Of a stretch of DNA of 58,736 nt, positions 52,801-58,736 are shown one piece after another. Every line of letters starts with the position of its first letter. Positions within the stretch are counted from its first letter, which is position 1. The notes beneath the pieces are model-generated. The model was not told the origin of the DNA. It saw only the letters and a list, made by a program, of their open reading frames with translations, and did not search any database. Origin of the DNA: Macrostomum lignano. Taxonomy: Eukaryota. Position numbers and translations under genes: made by a program. The DNA is taken from contig NIVC01003593.1 of assembly GCA_002269645.1 (NCBI GenBank), positions 1 through 58,736 on the forward strand. The letters are read 5' to 3'.

Positions 52801-53836
52801 TGGGTTGGAAGACTCCCCTGGCCCAGACGTCAGGATCCAACCTCGGGGTATCTCGGGCTAAGGCCCTTGGTAGTGCCCCTCAGCGGCAGAGCCCCTCCCA
52901 GGGCTGATCGGGTAGCTCCCGGCTTCCCACCCCCGTTTAACAACAACAAACCCGGTGGTAGCAACCTGCCAAAATCAAACCAGTAGAATCCACTAAAGAA
53001 TAATTATAATAAACCAGTAGCTTAAACCGCAGAATCACGACTGCAGATTATTTGGCAAACTTGCCTAAGGCTATGAGCTTTGGATCAAAGCATCTGAGCA
53101 ACCCCCAAGAGCCTCGTCATCTCAGCAATCCTCTCATGCTGTACAATGAGCGCAATATAATTCATAGTCGAAAATTTCCCGCTAGATCCTAGCAACAAAG
53201 CATGTTTTGCAATTAATTAATCCTTGGTTCCGCTTGGAAAATTAGCAAATTTTTTTATGAAATCAATTACCTAGCAAGGTCTTTACTAGTACTAATTAGA
53301 CTACGAAGCATTCGAATAGTCTAAGATAGTCATAGTTACTCTTGCCGTTTACCCACAGATTTGCAGGTTAAACTGTATATATTTTTAATAATTAACAAAA
53401 TTAACAATTCATTTCTCAAAGCTCACCGATGCACTACAGGTGGGTCTTGCGAGTGCAGGTATTCCAATCCGCTGGCAATGTCGATGGCAAACTGGGTGAG
53501 CAGTTCCGGACTGGTGTCGCCGTCCGATCTGCACAGAGCCTGAGTAGTTTGAGAACACGGTTTCAATTGCTAGTAGTAAGAATATGCGAAGGTGATGCTC
53601 AGTGAACACTAATAATTAGTAATAATACACTCACGTGGGTGCGCCTAGCCATTAGAAACGATTTCAGATCGCCGTACAAACAGTTCTCCATAATAATTAG
53701 AAAAGGCTCCGCTGCGGTGCAAACAGCCAATAGACGGATTATGTTCTTGTGAGACAGGTGAGACAGGTGCTGCAATGTAGAGGAAGACTTTCTTTTACAC
53801 TGTGAATGACTAAGACACACACACTAAGACAGACGG

Positions 53837-53885
<49 letters not shown>

Positions 53886-54145
53886 AACAGACAGACAGCC
53901 AGACAACAAGACAGACAGACAGGCAGACAATAAGACAGACGGACAGACAGACAACAACAGACAGACAGGCAGGCAGACAAACAGACAGACAGACAGACAG
54001 GACAGACAGACAGACAGACAGACAATAAGACAGACGGACAGACAGACAACAAGACAGACAGACAGACAGACAGACAGACAGGCAGGCAGACAAACAGACA
54101 CAGACAGACAGACAGACAGACACTAAGACAGACAGACAGGCACTA

Positions 54146-54228
<83 letters not shown>

Positions 54229-57200
54229 TAGACAGACACTAAGACAGACAGACAGACAGACAGAGAGACAGGCACGCACAGAGAAGCAAACAAACAGCAA
54301 TGCAGGTGCATACCTCGGCCTCTTCAAGAAACCGCAGCACATCCTCAGTCTTGGAGTCCTCCTGAATCAGCTTGATCGCGCAGGGTTCCCAGGTCTGCTG
54401 GTCAGCTAGAAACACCTCCCCGCCGTACACAAACGCAAAGCAGCCTTCGCCAATTTTCCTATTCATAATGACTTTCTCGCGAGCGACCTCCTTGTGCGAG
54501 AGTCGCTCTCTGATGTCTTTGAATGGCTGGCTCTGCTTACGGCGCATTCTGCGCTGGCAGTATCGGAGCAGGCCGAACAGCACCATGAGCAGACAGCCCA
54601 GTATGAGCAGCACGAGCACTATGCAGAATGCCGCCAGAGTCTCCAAGCAGGACCAGCCCGGCAGCAGGCGCATCAGGAACGCGGTCGGACAGTCCAGGTC
54701 CGCTCGCAACGGGCGGATAAATTTCCCATCGTAGGTGGCGAATCCCACGGCTTCGTTGGATTCAGACGGGTCTACGGGGATTTCTTCCACCGTGATTTTT
54801 TGTTCCCGGTCCGAGTGCCAGCGGTACCTGGGGAATTGCACGGGAATTCTTTTTGTCTTCAGTGGACTGTGAGAAGAAATTCAGTTTTAGATTCATAACG
54901 AATTGATCTTAACTATTGATTAATGATGATGATTAAATGATTCGACCATCAGAGCGAATTGATTCCCATAATTCCCCGCAGATTGTCACAGTGAATTAAT
55001 TTCCTCAAACTGTCAGAGTCCATTAATTCTCCTACTAGACTGTAAGACTGAATTAATTTCCATAGACTGTGTCAGAGTTAAATAATTCCCCTAGACTGAA
55101 ATTGAAAGAGTGAATAAATTCCCCTAGACTGCCCGGGTGAATTAATTCCCCTAGACTGTAAGAGTGAATTAATTCCCATAGACTCTCAGAGTTAATTAAT
55201 TCCACTGGACTGTAAGAGTAAACCCCTAGACCGTCCGGGTGAATTAATTCTCCTAGACCGTCAAAGTGAATTAATTCCCCTAGACTGTAAGAGTGAATTA
55301 ATTGCCCATAGACTGTCAGAGTGAATTAATTCCCCTAGTCTGTCACAGTGATTTAATTCCCTAGACTGTAAGAGTAAATTAATTCCCCAGACTGTCAGAG
55401 TGAATTAATTCCCCTAGACTGTAAGAGTGAATTAATTCCCCATAGACTGTCAGAGTGAATTAATTCCCCTAAGACTGTAAGAGTGAGTTAATTCCCCATA
55501 GACTGTAAGAGTGAATTAATTCCCCGTAGACTGTCAGAGTGAATTAATTCCCCTAGATTGTCCGGGTGAATTAATTTTCCTAGACCGTTAGAGTGAATTA
55601 ATGCCCCTAGACTGTAAGAGTGAATTAATTCCCCAAGAATGTCAGAGTGAATTAATTCCCCAGACTGTCAGAGTAAATTCTGCGGCTTACAATACGCTTA
55701 ATTCAAGACTGAGAATTTAGTAATTCGTCACAGTCAATTATCGCAGCCACTCACTTAGCCAGTACTCGGCCGTGATAGCCGGCACCATTAGCGCGGTATC
55801 TGCGCAGCCAGACCATCATGTAGCCCTCGCTAACTGGCAATCGGCTATAGAAGTCATGGTCATCATTGCTCAAACTATTCTCCAATAATTTTCTATAAAG
55901 CTTCACAACTGAATCGCTTTTCAATCGTTGAATATAAATCGGATCGCTGGTGTACAGACTGCCCAGAGCGCTAGCCAATAGGAAGATAGCGTCGCTAGTG
56001 TAGACACCAAAGTGATTCTCGGCGAACACATCGGCAGATGGCAGCTTGGCAACTGTTAGGTTCAATCTGCGACGGTACACGGCCAGCCTAGCTGGCGGCA
56101 GGTAGTTCTTTACAATTAGATGACCGTCGCTAACTGCCGTTATCTCGGCGTTGGTGCAGCCTCCGATTTCGCCGCTGCCGCCGCCGCCGCCGCTGCCGCC
56201 GACAAATTCGTCGGCCAGCGCCCCGGTGCCCGTGCAGTTCGCTCCGGCGTCGGTAAAATCTCCTTGGCCCAATTGGCTAAGATAAATGCGTAATTATTGC
56301 GCTGCGACATAGCGAGCTGGTGGGCTGCGCACAGGTATAAACAGGTGCCGCGACGAAAATAGTCCATCACGATTACCTGGGAGGGACAGGCGATTAAAGT
56401 TGATTGATTCTTGAACCATCTTTTACTCATCTGTTCACACTATGGACTCTTTTTTAGTTATCTCTCACTAGCTGAGTGGGGAATCAGTCTGCTTATGCAG
56501 GTTAATAGTTGGGGAATTTCTCACTAGCTGAGTGGGGAATCAGTCTGCTTATGCAGGTAATAGTTGGGGGAATTTCTCACTAGCTGAGTGGGGAATCAGT
56601 CTGCTTATGCAGGTTAATAGTTGGGGGAATTTCTCACTAGCTGAGTGGGGAATCAGTCTGCTTATGCAGGCTAATAGTTGGGGGAATTTCTCACTAGCTG
56701 AGTGGGGAATCAGTCTGCTTATGCAGGTTAATAGCTAGGGGAATTTCTCACTAGCTGAGAATTAGTCTGCTTATGCAGGTTAATAGTTGGGGGAATTTCT
56801 CACTAGCTGAGTGGGGAATTAGTCTGCTTATGCAGGTTAATAGTTGGGGGAATTTCTCACTAGCTGAGTGGGGAATCAGTCTGCTTATGCAGGCTAATAG
56901 TTGGCCAATTTCTCACTAGCTGAGTGGGAATCAGTCTGCTTATGCAGGCTAATAGTTGGGGGAATTTCTCACTAGCTGAGTGGGGAATCAGTCTGCTTAT
57001 GCAGGTTAATAGCTAGGGGAATTTCTCACTAGCTGAGTGTAGAATCAGTCTGCTTATGCAAGTAAATAGTTAGGGGAATTTTCAACGTGTAGAATTGAGT
57101 CTACAAAATCGCTAACTGACTACTAAAAGTAGGTACTACAGGTTAGTGGACAGGCTGAGGTTCTAGTGAATGCTGAAGTTCTAGTGGACAGGCTGAGGTT

Positions 57201-58736
57201 CTAGTGACAGGCTGAAGTTCTAGTGGACAGGCTGAAGGTTCTAGTGGACAGGCTGAAGTTCTAGTGGACAATGGGAAATTCAATGGATGACAAAGGCTGA
57301 GCTTGGTTTATAGGACAGGCTGAATTCAAATGAAAAGTCTGACAAGCTGGGATTATAATGGACCTATTCAAATTTCAATAGATACACAGGTGAGACGGAG
57401 ATCACCAGTGGACACAAAGGTTGATATAGAGACACCAGTGGACACAAAGGTTGAAATGGAGAAACCAGTGGACACATAGATTGAAATGGAGATACCAGTG
57501 GGCACACAGATTGAAATGGAGATACCAGTGGACACACAGATTGAGATGGAGATACCAGTGGACACACAGATTGAAATGGAGATACCAGTGACACACAGAT
57601 TGAGATGGAGATACCAGTGCACACACAGATTGAGATGGAGATACCAGTGGACACACAGATTGAAATGGAGATACCAGTGGACACACAGATTGAGATGGAG
57701 ATACCAGTGGACACACAGATTGAGATGGAGATACCAGTGTACACACAGATTGAAATGGAGATCCCAGTGAACACACAGATGAAATGGAGATCCCAGTGGA
57801 CACACAGATTGAGATGGAGATACCAGTGGACACCACAGGTTGAGATGGAGATACAGTGGACACCACAGGTTGAGATGGAGATACCAGTGGGCACACAGGT
57901 TGAGATGGAGATCCCAGTGGACACAAGGGTTGATATGGAGATCCCAGTGGACACAAGGTTGATATGGAGATACCAGTGGCACCACAGGTTGAGATGGAGA
58001 TACCAGTGGGCACCACAGGTTGAGATGGAGATACCAGTGGGCACACAGGTTGAGATGGAGATCCAGTGGGCACCACAGGTTGAGATGGAGATACCAGTGG
58101 GCACACAGGTTGAGATGAGATGCTAATGAATAGCGAATGCCAGATATTAGAATCTAAAAAAGGCAATTCCAAAGACTTTAACAAATGCTACAAACCTGAA
58201 TAGAAAAGCTTCTGGTTGGTCAGCAGAGCCAGTTTTTCCCAACTGTACTTTCTAAGAAAGCTGGCCACCACCTCCGGATAGGCCGAATAGCTGGGCACTG
58301 TTCGATAAAAATTCGGATAAATGTCGCGCCGATTGAACAGCGGCGACTCGACAGTCGGCGACACCACCGCGGTGCCGAGCCGGCTGCTGGCCTGGGCTAC
58401 AGGTTCGGCAGTTTTCGAGCAGGTGGCCGCCACCACGCCCGCTAGCGGGCTGGCTGACTCAGCGGACAGGTCTGAGCAGTGCAGGCCCATGTAGAAGGCC
58501 AGCACTGAAGATGTCGAACAGTCCAATCCGGCCGGCACAAGTTCGAATTGATGGTTGCTAAGCAACAATGAACAAAACGCCGCGTCCTTTGCGTTACCTT
58601 GGCAGCGCCACGAATTTAAAATGCCAACGGATAATTCAGCGAATTCCAGCACACTTGGATCGTCAAACTCGAAGCCGGAGGGCCAGATTAAACCGATTCG
58701 AATTTTGAGCGGCAGGAGGGGAGACAGCCAGAGTCT
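48373..58736 (-). CDS. VKR: Venus kinase receptor: Venus flytrap ectodomain, TM helix, insulin-receptor-like tyrosine kinase (5'-partial)
   Basis: Exons (minus) >58736-58196, 56376-55755 (1-nt frameshift near 56265), 54827-54314, 53769-53635, 53539-53427, 50201-49949 (GC donor), 49561-49195, 48806-48373. VFT: KIRIGLIWP, VAATCS, SPLFNRRDIYPNFYRTVPS, YSWEKLALL, CTNAEITAVSDGH. TM: LAAFCIVLVLLILGCLLMVLFGLL. Kinase: IGEGCFAFVY, CAIK, HRDLALRNCL, KIGDFGLAR, DYY, PMRWMPPE, SDVWAY, DCW. Confidence 0.88.
49070..49185. repeat. (CAGA)n microsatellite in VKR intron
   Basis: Tetranucleotide array next to the donor. Confidence 0.95.
50692..51269 (+). mobile_element. (AAC)n-tailed retroposon, copy 1 (5'-truncated, perfect TSD)
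   Basis: Flanked by a 16-bp direct repeat aaacccggtaagacgt (50676-50691 and 51270-51285); aacaataac tail; homologous to 52397-52950. No recognisable ORF. Confidence 0.85.
51530..52018. mobile_element. Foldback-type element: long inverted arms built of short subrepeats
   Basis: Left arm catcacaaacccgaaaaatcacaactccgaaa.. is mirrored by right arm ..tttcggagttgtgatttttcgggtttctgatg. Both arms are made of atca(c/t)aaacccgaaat subunits. Confidence 0.8.
52020..52950 (+). mobile_element. (AAC)n-tailed retroposon, copy 2 (5' boundary uncertain)
   Basis: 52397-52950 aligns with copy 1 and ends ccccgtttaacaacaacaaa. The extension to ~52020 is inferred from composition only. Confidence 0.7.
53825..54270. 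repeat. (CAGA)n microsatellite filling most of VKR intron 53770-54313
   Basis: Tetranucleotide array. Confidence 0.95.
54960..55680. repeat. VKR intronic ~27-bp degenerate minisatellite
   Basis: gtgaattaattcccctagactgtaaga units. Confidence 0.9.
56465..57080. repeat. VKR intronic 57-bp minisatellite
   Basis: ctcactagctgagtggggaatcagtctgcttatgcaggttaatagttgggggaattt units. Confidence 0.93.
57390..58120. repeat. VKR intronic 30-bp minisatellite
   Basis: gagataccagtggacacacagattgagatg units. Confidence 0.93.

Overview
Eukaryotic (animal) genomic DNA with spliceosomal GT-AG introns; there are no prokaryotic features and no CRISPR array. The style (GC-rich exons, many short introns, long introns filled almost entirely with 14-57 bp minisatellites, a Venus kinase receptor) suggests an invertebrate, most plausibly a Macrostomum-like free-living flatworm. 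That taxon call is inference. Six intron-containing genes were rebuilt by hand. On +: a GH31 alpha-glucosidase with two tandem catalytic units joined by a trefoil domain (sucrase-isomaltase/maltase-glucoamylase-like architecture, 5'-partial). On -, five in a row: bleomycin hydrolase (BLMH), a KCTD7/14-like BTB protein, RED/IK, TAK1 (MAP3K7) and a Venus kinase receptor (VKR, 5'-partial). Mobile DNA includes a tRNA-derived SINE with TSD, a hAT-type MITE, two Harbinger-like MITE copies, a foldback element, a 5'-truncated RNase H-type LINE end, and three copies of an (AAC)n-tailed retroposon with conserved 3' stems. Most ORFs in the supplied track are artefacts of tandem repeats. I did not find a clearly new biological system. 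The best leads are the VKR, the tandem GH31 gene, the repeat-built introns carrying decoy splice sites, and the structured retroposon. All exon coordinates and copy numbers are hand-derived and need RNA-seq confirmation.
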